A DNA stretch of 64,000 nt from Candidatus Portnoybacteria bacterium (GTDB lineage Bacteria > Patescibacteriota > Minisyncoccia > Portnoybacterales > GWB1-42-6). Under the pieces are notes generated by a model. It had not been told where the DNA came from. It saw nothing but the letters and a program-made list of their open reading frames with translations, and searched no databases. The stretch is from contig JAQTYI010000004.1 in the NCBI GenBank assembly GCA_028688325.1, forward strand, positions 8,638-72,637, read 5' to 3'. Positions 38,185-48,557 of the stretch are shown piece after piece (position 1 is the stretch's first letter; each line of letters opens with the position of its first letter). Made by a program: the position numbers and the translations under genes.

Positions 38185-38982
38185 ATGGATTTTTCATATG
38201 CAATCATTTTGGGCGTCGTTGAGGGAATAACGGAGTTTTTGCCGATCTCTTCAACAGGGCACCTGATGCTGACGGCGCGTCTTTTGGATCTGGGCCAAAG
38301 CGAATTCTTGAAAAGTTTTGAGATCATCATCCAGCTGGGCGCGATCTTATCGGTGGTAGCTTTATACTGGCGGGAGCTTTTGGTCAAATGGGAGACAATG
38401 AAGCGCGTAGTCGTTGCTTTTGTTCCAACGGGGATTATCGGCTTGGTGCTGTATAAAATCGTTAAAGCTTATTTGCTGGGCAGTGAAACGGTGGTTTTGT
38501 GGAGTATGTTTTTGGGCGGATTATTTTTATTAGCGTTTGAATATTGGTACGGAAAAAAATCCCCCCTAACCCCCCTTTTACAAAGTGGGGAAAATAATAA
38601 ATTGGAAAATATCTCCTACGGCCAGGCCGCGGCGCTGGGTTTGTTTCAATCAATTGCGATAATTCCCGGCGTTTCGCGCTCGGCCGCCACAATTCTGGGG
38701 GGCTTATTCATGGGAATTTCTCGCAAAACAATCGTTGAATTTTCTTTTTTGCTGGCTGTGCCGACAATGCTGGCGGCCACCCTCCTCGATCTTTTTAAAA
38801 GCGCCGGTCAGTTTTCTTTGTCTCAGTGGGATTTTTTGGCTGTAGGTTTTTTTGTTTCTTTCGTTACGGCTTTGACTTCCATCAAGTTTCTGCTCAATTT
38901 TATCAAGAAGCATTCCTTTATCGCCTTTGGCGCTTATCGCATGGCGATTGCCTTGATTTTTTGGTTTTTTATTGTAAGATGA
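38185..38982 (+). CDS. uppP: Undecaprenyl-diphosphatase UppP/BacA with in-frame poly-C half-element
   Basis: VVEGITEFLPISSTGHLML. Confidence 0.85.
   Translation: MDFSYAIILGVVEGITEFLPISSTGHLMLTARLLDLGQSEFLKSFEIIIQLGAILSVVALYWRELLVKWETMKRVVVAFVPTGIIGLVLYKIVKAYLLGSETVVLWSMFLGGLFLLAFEYWYGKKSPLTPLLQSGENNKLENISYGQAAALGLFQSIAIIPGVSRSAATILGGLFMGISRKTIVEFSFLLAVPTMLAATLLDLFKSAGQFSLSQWDFLAVGFFVSFVTALTSIKFLLNFIKKHSFIAFGAYRMAIALIFWFFIVR
38560..38590. repeat. Poly-C element (left half plus degenerate right), in frame in uppP (encodes SPLTPLLQSGEN)
   Basis: tcccccctaaccccccttttacaaagtgggg. Confidence 0.55.
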
Positions 38983-39025
38983 AAAGAAGGGAGATGCTAA
39001 TTTAAGATAAGGCAGCCGTCAAAAA

Positions 39026-40642
39026 ATGATAAACAAAATATTAGATTTCATAAAAGCCCGTCTTTATACCGTTTTAATCCTGGCGGCGATTTTTGCGGCA
39101 GCCGGTTTTTGGTATTATTCCAGCGTTTCCAAAAAATCATCTTATGAATTTGTTCGGGTGACGCGCGGCGATGTTTTGCAAATAGTGAGCGTGACCGGCA
39201 AAGTCAAACCGGCCGACAGCGTAGATTTGGCTTTTGAAAAAAGCGGGAAGGTGGCGTCAATCGCCGTGAGAGTGGGAGACAAAGTGGCAGCCGGACAGCG
39301 TCTGGCGACTTTGAGCAATTCCGATCTGGTCGCGCAACTGGCCCAAGCGCAGGCGTCCCTGGAGAAGGAAATTGTTAAACTGGCGGAATTAAAATCCGGC
39401 ACCAGGCCGGAAGAGCTGCAGATCGCCCAAACCACAGTAGCCAACGCCACTAAAACCTTGGCTGATGTCAAAAACAAAGCGGAGGTGGACCTGAACAACT
39501 ATTATGACGATGTCAAGGACATTTTGAGCGATGCATATGTAAAAGCCGATGATGCGGTGAACAAACAAACCGACGAGCTGTTCATCAACGATAACTCCAG
39601 CAATCCGAAATTGTCGTTTTATTCCAGCGAAGAAGCCACCTCAAACGCCGTATGGAAACGGCGCCAGGCCGGAACAGAGCTGGAGCAATTCAAGCAGGAG
39701 CTGGACGCCCTGGGGAGCGACCGCGCTGTCCTGGATTTGGCTTTGATCAAAAGCAAAGCGCATTTGGATAAAATTATGGATTTTCTAAACAGCGCCGCCA
39801 CGGCGGTCAACGAATCATCGGGGCTCACGGCAACCAATCTGACCAACTACAAATATTATGTGAACACCGGCCGCACGAATGTGAACACGGCGCTAACCGC
39901 CATTAGCACTCAAGGCCAATATATCGCGACGCAAAAAGCCGCCAACCAAAGCGATATCTCCGCCGCGCAAAATACGCTGGCCGCGGCCCAAGACCAATTG
40001 GCCTTGAAACAAGCCGGTTCAACAGCCGATGAAATTGCCGCTCAGGAAGCACAAATAAAATACGCCCGGGCCAATATGCAAAATTATGAAGCCGCTTTGT
40101 CAAAAACCGTCATTTTTTCTCCGCTTAACGGCATTGTCACGAAGCAAGAAATTGAGATAGGAGAAATTGTGGCGGCCAATGCTACGGTGATTTCGGTGTT
40201 GAGCGCGACTAAATTCGAGATTGAAGCCAATGTTTCGGAAAACGAAATAGCCAAAATCGTTTTAGGCGATACGGCGGCTATGACCCTGGACGCGCTGGGC
40301 CCGGCGGAAAAATTTACCGGCACCATCAGCGCCATTGATCCGGCTGAAACCGTGGTGTCGGGCGTCATTTATTATAAAGTCACATCGGTTTTTGACGCAG
40401 ATGACGCCAGAATAAAATCCGGCATGACGGTAAATATGGATATTCGGACGGATAAAAAGGAAAATGTTTTGACTTTGCCATACTACGCGGTTATGAGCCG
40501 GAACAGCGAAAAATTCGTTCAGGTTTTGACCGACGGCCGGTCTTCCGAAAAAACCGTGCAAACCGGGCTGGAAGGGGAAACAATGATTGAAATTACCGGC
40601 GGCTTGCAAGAAGGGGAAAACATCATCGTTTCAAAACAATAA
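39026..40642 (+). CDS. HlyD/MacA-family periplasmic adaptor (membrane fusion protein) with long coiled coil
   Basis: N-terminal TM, central coiled coil, C-terminal beta-barrel motifs. Confidence 0.72.
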   Translation: MINKILDFIKARLYTVLILAAIFAAAGFWYYSSVSKKSSYEFVRVTRGDVLQIVSVTGKVKPADSVDLAFEKSGKVASIAVRVGDKVAAGQRLATLSNSDLVAQLAQAQASLEKEIVKLAELKSGTRPEELQIAQTTVANATKTLADVKNKAEVDLNNYYDDVKDILSDAYVKADDAVNKQTDELFINDNSSNPKLSFYSSEEATSNAVWKRRQAGTELEQFKQELDALGSDRAVLDLALIKSKAHLDKIMDFLNSAATAVNESSGLTATNLTNYKYYVNTGRTNVNTALTAISTQGQYIATQKAANQSDISAAQNTLAAAQDQLALKQAGSTADEIAAQEAQIKYARANMQNYEAALSKTVIFSPLNGIVTKQEIEIGEIVAANATVISVLSATKFEIEANVSENEIAKIVLGDTAAMTLDALGPAEKFTGTISAIDPAETVVSGVIYYKVTSVFDADDARIKSGMTVNMDIRTDKKENVLTLPYYAVMSRNSEKFVQVLTDGRSSEKTVQTGLEGETMIEITGGLQEGENIIVSKQ

Positions 40643-40653
40643 TTCTTTCCGGT

Positions 40654-41370
40654 ATGCTCATCAAACTGGAAAACATAGCCAAAGATTACACCGACGAAGG
40701 CGTGCGCACGACCGCCTTGCGCGGCATAACGCTAACGGTTGAAGAAAGTGAATTTGTCGCCATTATGGGAGCTTCGGGGTCCGGCAAATCAACGCTGATG
40801 CACATTATCGGCTTTTTGGATAAAAAAACATCCGGCCGATATTTTTTTGACGGAGAAAACGAAAATGATTTTGACGACGCCAAGCTCGCCCAAATACGCA
40901 ATCAAAAAATCGGCTTCGTGTTCCAGGCCTACAATCTTTTGACCAGAACTTCGGTGTTGGACAATGTTTTGTTGCCAACCATCTATACGCCCCATTTAGA
41001 CGCCAAAGCCGCAGACAAAAAAGCGCGCCAGATTCTGGAAAAATTGCGCCTGTCCCATCGCGTTGACCATCAGCCCAACCAGCTTTCCGGCGGCGAGCAG
41101 CAGCGAGCCGCCATTGCGCGGGCGCTGATAAACGACCCTCGCCTGATTCTGGCGGACGAACCTACCGGCAACCTGGACAGCCGCTCCGGCCAGGAAGTGA
41201 TGGAAACGCTGCAGGACTTGAACGAAGAGGGCCATACTATCGTTATGGTCACGCATGAAAAATATGTGGCTGAGTGCGCTCGCCGCATCATCACTTTAAA
41301 AGACGGGGAAATGATTTCCGATCAAAAAGTGCTGGTTCGCCATGTCGCCAAAGACGGGCTCATAAAATAA
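40654..41370 (+). CDS. ABC transporter ATP-binding protein, MacB/LolD family
   Basis: [36 protein letters not shown]. Confidence 0.88.
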   Translation: MLIKLENIAKDYTDEGVRTTALRGITLTVEESEFVAIMGASGSGKSTLMHIIGFLDKKTSGRYFFDGENENDFDDAKLAQIRNQKIGFVFQAYNLLTRTSVLDNVLLPTIYTPHLDAKAADKKARQILEKLRLSHRVDHQPNQLSGGEQQRAAIARALINDPRLILADEPTGNLDSRSGQEVMETLQDLNEEGHTIVMVTHEKYVAECARRIITLKDGEMISDQKVLVRHVAKDGLIK

Positions 41371-41373
41371 TTT

Positions 41374-42606
41374 ATGCGTTTTTTTCAGATTATAAAAAAT
41401 ACTAAAAATAACCTGTCGCTGAACAAAACCCGGACATTTTTGACGATGCTGGGCATTATTATCGGCGTAGCGGCGGTTATTGCCATTGTTTCGGTGGGCG
41501 CCGGCGCCCAAGAATTATTGTTGGCGCAAGTTAAGGCCATGGGGTCCAATCTTATAGGCATTTTGCCGGGGGCGTCGGACGATAAGGGTCCGCCAGCGGC
41601 TGTTTTCGGGATAGAAGTGACCACTTTAAAATACGACGATGCTTTGGAAATCAGAAAGTTGCCCGATATCGTGGCAATTTGCGCCTATGTCACCGGCCGG
41701 GGAACGGTCGGTTATTTTAATCAAAACAAAGAGCTGAATTACACCGGCGTGCTGCCGGAATATCTGACCGTGGAAGACACGGCCGTCGCCAAAGGCCGCT
41801 TTATCAAACAAGAAGACAACGACAACATGGCGCGAAACGCGGTGTTGGGCAGCAAAGCGGCCAGCGATATTTTTGGCCAAGAAAACCCACTGGAAAAACA
41901 AATTAAAATAAATCAGATAACCTTCAAGGTTGTGGGAGTAATGACCGAACGCGGGGCCTCGGGGCTGCAAAATCAAGACGAACAAGTTTTTATTCCTCTA
42001 AAAATCGCTCAAAAAATAATGCTGGGGATAGACCATGTCGCTTTTATCCGCGCCAAGGTGGACAAGGAAGCAAATATAGAACCGTCTATCGGCCGAGTGA
42101 AAGATCTTCTTCGCTTCCGCCACCGCATCAAAGATGCAAGTAAAGATGATTTTTCCGTCCGCTCGACCGCCCAGGCCTTGGATATTTTGGGCTCCATCAC
42201 CCAAGCGTTAAAAATGTTTCTGGCGGCAGTGGCGGCAATCTCTCTCGTCGTAGGCGGCATAGGCATTATGAATATAATGTTTGTGACCGTTTCGGAGCGC
42301 ACAGGGGAAATCGGCTTGCGCAAGGCCGTCGGCGCCAAAAGAAAAGATATCCTTTTGCAATTTCTGGTTGAAAGCGCGGTGATGACTTCTTTCGGCGGGC
42401 TGATCGGCGTGGCGCTGGGGTTGCTGATCTCAGCGGCTATCGCTTTGGGAGTGAATTATTTCGGCTACGACTGGAAGCTGATAGTTGCCCCGCTTTCCAT
42501 TTTTTGGGCGGTTTTTATGGCGGCCGGAGTGGGCTTGGTTTTCGGCCTTTGGCCGGCCAACCGCGCTTCCTTGATGAGCCCTATGGAAGCGCTGCGGAAA
42601 CAATAA
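41374..42606 (+). CDS. ABC transporter permease, FtsX/MacB family
   Basis: MacB periplasmic domain plus FtsX C-terminal 3 TM. Confidence 0.8.
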   Translation: MRFFQIIKNTKNNLSLNKTRTFLTMLGIIIGVAAVIAIVSVGAGAQELLLAQVKAMGSNLIGILPGASDDKGPPAAVFGIEVTTLKYDDALEIRKLPDIVAICAYVTGRGTVGYFNQNKELNYTGVLPEYLTVEDTAVAKGRFIKQEDNDNMARNAVLGSKAASDIFGQENPLEKQIKINQITFKVVGVMTERGASGLQNQDEQVFIPLKIAQKIMLGIDHVAFIRAKVDKEANIEPSIGRVKDLLRFRHRIKDASKDDFSVRSTAQALDILGSITQALKMFLAAVAAISLVVGGIGIMNIMFVTVSERTGEIGLRKAVGAKRKDILLQFLVESAVMTSFGGLIGVALGLLISAAIALGVNYFGYDWKLIVAPLSIFWAVFMAAGVGLVFGLWPANRASLMSPMEALRKQ

Positions 42607-42651
42607 AAATTCTCCCTCTTAATATCTTAATATAAGAGGGAGAGAAAAGGT

Positions 42652-43917
42652 ATGAAATTTTTAACCATCGCCAAGCAATCAATTATCGCTTTGAGAGCCA
42701 ATAAACTGCGCTCGTTTTTTTCCATTCTGGGAATTGTTATCGGCGTGGCGGCGGTGGTGATAATTTTGTCCATGGGACAGGGGTTAAAGGGGCTGGTGAC
42801 CAACGAAATGAACGCTTTTGGGCCAAATCTTTTGGATGTGGCCGTAAAAATTCCGGGGGTCAGCCAAACTCAATCGGTCGCGTCCATGGTGCAGGGAATA
42901 AAAATCACGACTCTCAAAACCAAGGATATCAAAGACCTTAAAGACCCGAAGGCGTTTCCTTATATCGCGGCGGTTAATGGCCAGGCCATAGGTCAGGACT
43001 GGGTGGTCTACGGGAATAAAGAAAGAAGGGTTCTGGTCTATGGCTGCAGCCCGGATTATCCGAAGATTGTTAAAACCGCCAAATTGGCTTCCGGCCGGTT
43101 TTTTAACGATGAAGAAAACGACAGCTTGGCCAAGGTCGTCGTGTTGGGCAGTAATTTGGCAAACAAACTTTTTGACCAAGAAAATCCGCTGGGAAAAAAT
43201 GTCCGGCTGAAAGGAATAAATTTTAAAGTAGTCGGTGTTTTAAAGCCCCAGGGCGGCATGATGAGCTCGGCCGTAATGGATATGAACGAGTTCGTTTATG
43301 TGCCCCTGGAAGCCACCCTGAAAGAGCTTTTGGGCATTGATTATTTGATGGAGATGCACATAGATGTAAATGATGAAAAATATATCGGCCGCGCTTTGTC
43401 CGATGTCAGCCGTTTATTGCGGCGCAATCATAACATCACCGATCCGGATAAGGACGATTTTGAAATATTCACCATGGCGGAGATTTTAAAACGCGTTGAC
43501 CAGGTGAGCGCTATTTTGAATTTATTGCTGGGCTTTTTGGCGGCGATTTCCTTGCTGGTGGGCGGCATAGGCATTATGAACATTATGCTTGTTTCGGTGA
43601 GCGAGCGCACGCGCGAGATCGGCTTGCGAAAATCATTAGGCGCGACCGCCAACAATATTCTTTGGCAATTTTTAATAGAAAGCGTGGTTATCACGGGCAC
43701 GGGAGGAATTGTCGGCATAATTTTCGGCATTGCCGTTTCCACGCTCGTCGGCCTTGTTGTGCGCACACAGGGTCTGCCTGATTGGCCGCTGACCGTTTCT
43801 TGGCTGGCGGTCTTTGGCGCGTTTTTCCTGTCCGCCGTTATCGGGCTGGCATTTGGCGTTTATCCGGCTAAAAAGGCCGCTCAAAAATCTCCCATGGAAG
43901 CGCTGAGATACGAATAA
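42652..43917 (+). CDS. ABC transporter permease, FtsX/MacB family (second copy)
   Basis: Paralogous to 41374-42606. Confidence 0.8.
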   Translation: MKFLTIAKQSIIALRANKLRSFFSILGIVIGVAAVVIILSMGQGLKGLVTNEMNAFGPNLLDVAVKIPGVSQTQSVASMVQGIKITTLKTKDIKDLKDPKAFPYIAAVNGQAIGQDWVVYGNKERRVLVYGCSPDYPKIVKTAKLASGRFFNDEENDSLAKVVVLGSNLANKLFDQENPLGKNVRLKGINFKVVGVLKPQGGMMSSAVMDMNEFVYVPLEATLKELLGIDYLMEMHIDVNDEKYIGRALSDVSRLLRRNHNITDPDKDDFEIFTMAEILKRVDQVSAILNLLLGFLAAISLLVGGIGIMNIMLVSVSERTREIGLRKSLGATANNILWQFLIESVVITGTGGIVGIIFGIAVSTLVGLVVRTQGLPDWPLTVSWLAVFGAFFLSAVIGLAFGVYPAKKAAQKSPMEALRYE

Positions 43918-44026
43918 TTTTATCCCCCGCGCACTTCTTGACGGCGTTAACCTAAAGCAACATAATAAAGATAAAGGAGCGATTCTTTCCAAACGCGCCA
44001 AGCTTAAATATAAATATCGTAAAATT

Positions 44027-44671
44027 ATGAAAAAAATGAAAATCAGCGTATTGTCAATGGCCTTTTTAGCGGTTGTTTTTACCCTTTCTTTTTCTCCGGT
44101 TTTTGCCAAATCGGAAAATGCCGGCGGAAAGGTATTGTCGGCCAATGAAAGAGTCGGGGCCAACGCTTCTTCAACACCGGATCTGGAAAATGATAATAAC
44201 GGCCAAGAAAACGAAGATAGCAAAACAGACGCGGAGGATAAAGACGAGCTCACCTCCGAGACCCATCGTAGCGCCGTGGCCGATTTTGTGCAAACTCTTT
44301 TAAAGGCCGCCGACAGAGAAAAGGGGATAGGCGAAAAAGTGAGAGAGATTGCCAGGCAGCAGGAGGGGGATGAAGCGACGACAACCGACGCCATTAAAAA
44401 AGTTGCGAACAGAAGCAAGATAAAAACATTTCTGATTGGATCCGACTATAAGAATCTCGGCGCGTTAAGAAGCGAGATAGTTAAAACCCGCAACAGGATA
44501 AAACAATTAGAGAGCGTGCTGGGCAAGGCAAAAAACATCGCCAACGCGGAGGAGATAAAAAGCCAAATCGAGACGCTGAACCAAGAGCAGACGAAAATCG
44601 AAGCTTTCATCAAAACTCAGGAAGGTAAATTTAGTTTATTCGGCTGGCTGGTAAGAATTTTCAACAAATAA
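44027..44671 (+). CDS. Secreted coiled-coil protein (hypothetical)
   Basis: Signal peptide; acidic region; C-terminal coiled coil. Confidence 0.4.
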   Translation: MKKMKISVLSMAFLAVVFTLSFSPVFAKSENAGGKVLSANERVGANASSTPDLENDNNGQENEDSKTDAEDKDELTSETHRSAVADFVQTLLKAADREKGIGEKVREIARQQEGDEATTTDAIKKVANRSKIKTFLIGSDYKNLGALRSEIVKTRNRIKQLESVLGKAKNIANAEEIKSQIETLNQEQTKIEAFIKTQEGKFSLFGWLVRIFNK

Positions 44672-44747
44672 AAATCAAAATGCCAATTAAAAAACGCCCC
44701 GCTCATCGGGTGTTTTTTAATTTATCGACTCGCTTCTCTTTGCCAAT

Positions 44748-44776
44748 TTGACACGACTTTACTTTGCTGGTATAAT
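44748..44776 (+). promoter_or_regulatory. Consensus sigma-70 promoter TTGACA-N17-TATAAT giving a near-leaderless transcript
   Basis: Perfect hexamers; the -10 ends 7 nt before the ATG at 44784. Confidence 0.5.
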
Positions 44777-44783
44777 TGTATAT

Positions 44784-45857
44784 ATGGTAAAAATCGCTCA
44801 AATAAAGCAAAAAATCGTTGAATATTCGGCCAAAACCAAGATAATTTTCTTGGAGGTTTTCGTGCCGCAAAAAGGGAATAATTTTTTGCCCAAGGCGCTC
44901 AAATCAAAATATCTATTTTTATACAGCGCGTCTCTTTTAGCCGTTAAAATCGCGCTGATATCTTTGGTGCTGATATTGCCTGCAACCGATTTTTTTTCCA
45001 GCATCACGGCCAGCCGTTTGGTGTCTTTGATAAACCAAGAACGCCAAAGCAGGAACCTGCCGGCGCTGGCTTTAAATGACAGCTTAAATTCCGCGGCGGG
45101 CCTGAAGGTCAACGATATGGCAACGCAGGGTTATTTTGAGCACACCAGCCCCGCGGGCATCACGCCCTGGTTTTGGTTCAAGCAGATAGGGTATAATTAT
45201 GTTTTTGCCGGTGAAAATCTGGCCATGGGCTTTACCGAAACCGATGAGGTTTTTGCCGCCTGGATGAATTCGCCTACTCATCGCGCCAATATTTTAAATC
45301 CTAATTTTCGGGAGATGGGTTTGGCCGTGGGAACGGGCAATATCCAGAACCGGCAGGAAACATTGGCGGTGCTGGAATTTGGCAAGCAGGCGGCCCAGCA
45401 GCCGGCAAAAACACGGATTGCGCAACCTGTTCCGGCAAAAAATACGCCTGCGCCATCTGCTCCAAAATCCTCTCCGGCCGCTTCCCCAAAGCCGGCAATT
45501 TCTTCGCCGTCCGTTTCTGTTGCGCCCGCCGCTTCGCCGGCGACTGTTGCGGCGGTTGAAAAAACTTCGACCGAGCAGATTGATCTTAAAACTATCTTGG
45601 GCGCGGAGCCGCAAGCTCCCAAAGGCATCGCCAGGGCTGTCAGCCCGTCGGTTAACGCGGCCTACGCTCCGCGGGTTCTTGGCGCGTTCGTTTCCCGCTC
45701 CGACGAGATATTCAAAAGTTTATATCTGTATTTCACTTTGTTTTTAGCCATTGCTTTGTTGGTCAATATTTTCGTGAAAATGGAGATACAATATTGGACA
45801 ACCATCGGCGCCACGACATTTGTTATTTTGCTATCCGCGGTTTTGATATTTATATAA
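44784..45857 (+). CDS. CAP/SCP/PR1-like domain protein with Pro/Ala/Ser-rich linker and C-terminal TM anchor
   Basis: GYFEHTSPAG...GENLAMG...WMNSPTHRANIL CAP motifs. Confidence 0.62.
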   Translation: MVKIAQIKQKIVEYSAKTKIIFLEVFVPQKGNNFLPKALKSKYLFLYSASLLAVKIALISLVLILPATDFFSSITASRLVSLINQERQSRNLPALALNDSLNSAAGLKVNDMATQGYFEHTSPAGITPWFWFKQIGYNYVFAGENLAMGFTETDEVFAAWMNSPTHRANILNPNFREMGLAVGTGNIQNRQETLAVLEFGKQAAQQPAKTRIAQPVPAKNTPAPSAPKSSPAASPKPAISSPSVSVAPAASPATVAAVEKTSTEQIDLKTILGAEPQAPKGIARAVSPSVNAAYAPRVLGAFVSRSDEIFKSLYLYFTLFLAIALLVNIFVKMEIQYWTTIGATTFVILLSAVLIFI

Positions 45858-45896
45858 ATATTATTAGGATAAGCTCAGAGAAAAATCCGCATTTAT

Positions 45897-46008
45897 AATG
45901 TCAAATGACCAATGTCTAATGACAAATCCATGACAAAGTTCCAAATCCAAATTTTTGACATTTGATATTGGGATTTTATTTGTCATTGGAAATTTGTCAT
46001 TTTAAGCA
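45897..46008. repeat. Long AT-rich palindrome, CAATGACCAATG family (copy 2)
   Basis: tgtcaaatgaccaatgtctaatgacaaat...tccaaatccaaattt. Confidence 0.5.
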
Positions 46009-46044
46009 GCTTCTTTTATCCGCATCTTTAGAATAACAACAAAA

Positions 46045-47163
46045 ATGGCTAATCAACCACTAAAAAATTTATTGGGCTGCCTTCCAAGGGCCGCCTTCCG
46101 CAATCTGCTCATCGGCGCGGCGGCTTTAATATTGGGCATATTACTGGGCGGGCCCAAGATTTATATCTCGCTGGCTTCGGCGATAATCGTCTTCTGCTTG
46201 ATGCTCATCCCTTATATCGCCATCACCTGGTGGAGCGTCTGGGCTCTGGCAAAAGACAAGGCCAAAGGAACATTGGTAACCGACGGGCCCTACGCTTATT
46301 CGCGCAACCCGATGTACGCGGCGATAATTTTTTTACTGAATCCCTCTCTGGGAATACTGTTCCGCTCCTGGATTTTACTGCTGGCCTGCGCGCCGATATA
46401 TTTTTCCTGGCGCAGCTATGTGCGCGGCGAGGAAAGGGGCGCGCTGGCGGCCAAGTTCGGCGCGGCTCATAATGAATATATGAAAAATACGGCGCGCTTT
46501 TTCCCGAACCTGCGCAAGATAAGTCCGGTATTATTTTACAGCGCAACGGGCTTTTTAATATTTTTGATAAGTTTTATTTTTTTGAATTTCAGCGCGCTTT
46601 ATTTGCGCTGGGTGGTTTTTGAAACAAAGGGCGAGATAGTTTATGATACGCCTTCTCCGCAAGCATCAGCTCCGAGCCAAAGCTTCCCGGAAAGTCCCGG
46701 ACAAATTTTTCCGCCTTCCGCCAATCAAGCCGATTATAACGCCGCGGACAATTCGATTTTTATAGAGAAGTTGGGCATCCGCGCTCCTTTGATACAGGTC
46801 TCCGGCACGACTCAGAAAGAACTTAACGACGGCCTGAACCAAGGCGTAATCCTGTATCCGGGCAGCGCTCTGCCGGAGCAAAGCGGCGAAGTAGTGCTTT
46901 CGGGCCACAGTTCGGTGTTTCCCTGGGTTAAGACCCGATACGGCCAAGTTTTTACTTTACTGGACAACCTGAAAGCGGGGGATATCGTTTCTTTGGTGTA
47001 TAACCACCGGCAATACGATTATAAAATAACGGACCAAGAAATTTTAACTCCCGATAAAGTAAAAATTTCCGATACGAACCGGCAAACTCTGAAATTGGTA
47101 ACCTGCTGGCCCATCGGCGCGGCCTTGAAGCGCCTCGTGGTTTATGGCGAGTTGATAAAATAG
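46045..47163 (+). CDS. Fusion protein: N-terminal isoprenylcysteine carboxyl methyltransferase-like membrane domain plus C-terminal sortase domain
   Basis: LVTDGPYAYSRNPMYAAII (ICMT/PEMT motif); C-terminus VVLSGHSS...LKLVTCWP (sortase TLxTC-like). Confidence 0.55.
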   Translation: MANQPLKNLLGCLPRAAFRNLLIGAAALILGILLGGPKIYISLASAIIVFCLMLIPYIAITWWSVWALAKDKAKGTLVTDGPYAYSRNPMYAAIIFLLNPSLGILFRSWILLLACAPIYFSWRSYVRGEERGALAAKFGAAHNEYMKNTARFFPNLRKISPVLFYSATGFLIFLISFIFLNFSALYLRWVVFETKGEIVYDTPSPQASAPSQSFPESPGQIFPPSANQADYNAADNSIFIEKLGIRAPLIQVSGTTQKELNDGLNQGVILYPGSALPEQSGEVVLSGHSSVFPWVKTRYGQVFTLLDNLKAGDIVSLVYNHRQYDYKITDQEILTPDKVKISDTNRQTLKLVTCWPIGAALKRLVVYGELIK

Positions 47164-47408
47164 GCCGCAAATCCAGACGAGATGCCGGTTGTCTTCGGCG
47201 CCGCTTTCAATAAAACTGAAAATCTTCCGGCGGGACGCCTCCTTGTTTTTTATGAATCAACGGGAAAATTATGATTTAAAACGAGAATATTCATAATCGG
47301 GCTAAGGTCTTGACAAGATTAAGGCAAATCCATTATAATACAAAATCCTCTCAAGGATGGTCAGCTGTTCTTTTATATCAAAATATACAGAAAGAAAGGG
47401 GGCGCACT

Positions 47409-47753
47409 ATGAAAAAGACCGCTATTTTGGTGTTTTTGGCAATTTTATTGTTGGGTGGCTGTCCGGCTCTGGCTTGCCAGAGATGCGAACGCATACTTGC
47501 CAAAGGATATGCCGCCGGCTTCACGCGCGAAGAAATCGTGCGAATAATCAGCGACGGCAACCCCAAGGCCCAAGTTTATCTTGGCCAAATGGAAACGCGG
47601 TTGGAGCAGGCGATTGCGAATAAAGGCGTTCGCTTTCGCGGCGAGTCGCGGGTACAGAACAATCCGTATTTCGTTGTCGGCAACGACAAAAACTTTAGAT
47701 ACAGCAACGAGGTGATAAAAGTTCCGCCAGACATTGAAGATGAAAGGAGGTGA
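47409..47753 (+). CDS. Lipoprotein (hypothetical)
   Basis: SD aaaggggg; lipobox LLGGC. Confidence 0.45.
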   Translation: MKKTAILVFLAILLLGGCPALACQRCERILAKGYAAGFTREEIVRIISDGNPKAQVYLGQMETRLEQAIANKGVRFRGESRVQNNPYFVVGNDKNFRYSNEVIKVPPDIEDERR

Positions 47754-47757
47754 GGGT

Positions 47758-48409
47758 CGTGGAAAAAACAAGAAGAGAATTTTTATCTTTTATTTTTGCC
47801 TGCGCCCTTACTTCGTCTTACGGGTGCGGAAAGAACTTTCTGGTGAAAAAGGATGAAAAACCGACGATAACCAGAGAGAAAACAAAGGATGCAAAGGTTT
47901 TATTTTTACATCGCTTTCCTCCGACTCAAGAATATAAAGAATTGGGTTTGAGCAAGGGCTACACTTTCTACTCCGCCCAGAAAAGAATCAAAAAAGAAGT
48001 CGGGGAATGGAAAGCGTTCGTTAACACTGAAAATGTGGTGCTCCGGAACTACGGAGCCAAGAACGGCAAGCGCAAGCTTTACGGTCCCGGCCATCTGAAA
48101 CCCGGGCATATCTTCTTTGCCAAATTTGTCAACGAAGACGCGGATGGCAACAGAATATATCGAGCCAGGTTCATCGGCCAGTGCGGCAACGAAATCCCCG
48201 ATGACGACTTGATGATTTTGGAGACGCCGGTGGTCATCACAGAAAAGATCGTCCACTTGGACACGGATTACAAACCGGCTTTGTGGGCCGGGCTGGGCGG
48301 GCTCTTGCTGGGGCTTGGCCTGGGGTATCTGTTCTGGTTCGGCACGACAAAAACAGTGATCGCTTCCGCCGGAAGCGCTTGCTCAACTGGCGGACCAGTC
48401 CCTCGCTGA
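47758..48409 (+). CDS. Hypothetical lipoprotein with C-terminal TM segment (GTG start)
   Basis: SD aaaggaggtga 8 nt before GTG; FIFACALTSSYGC. Confidence 0.4.
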
Positions 48410-48557
48410 TTTGTTTGTCCTCCCGCCTGTTTACCGCCCTTTCTGTATTAATTCAACTTTGGGGGAAGAAGATTTTTCTTCCCTCCTATCTTGAAAATTT
48501 CAATTCTTTGGAGTTCTCAAGATAGGAAGAATATAAAAATGCTTTCGGAGGGAAGCA

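Noticed and set aside
43672-44418. 248-aa minus-strand ORF spanning the permease 3' end and the secreted protein 5' end
   Set aside because: It overlaps two supported plus-strand genes and is low complexity.
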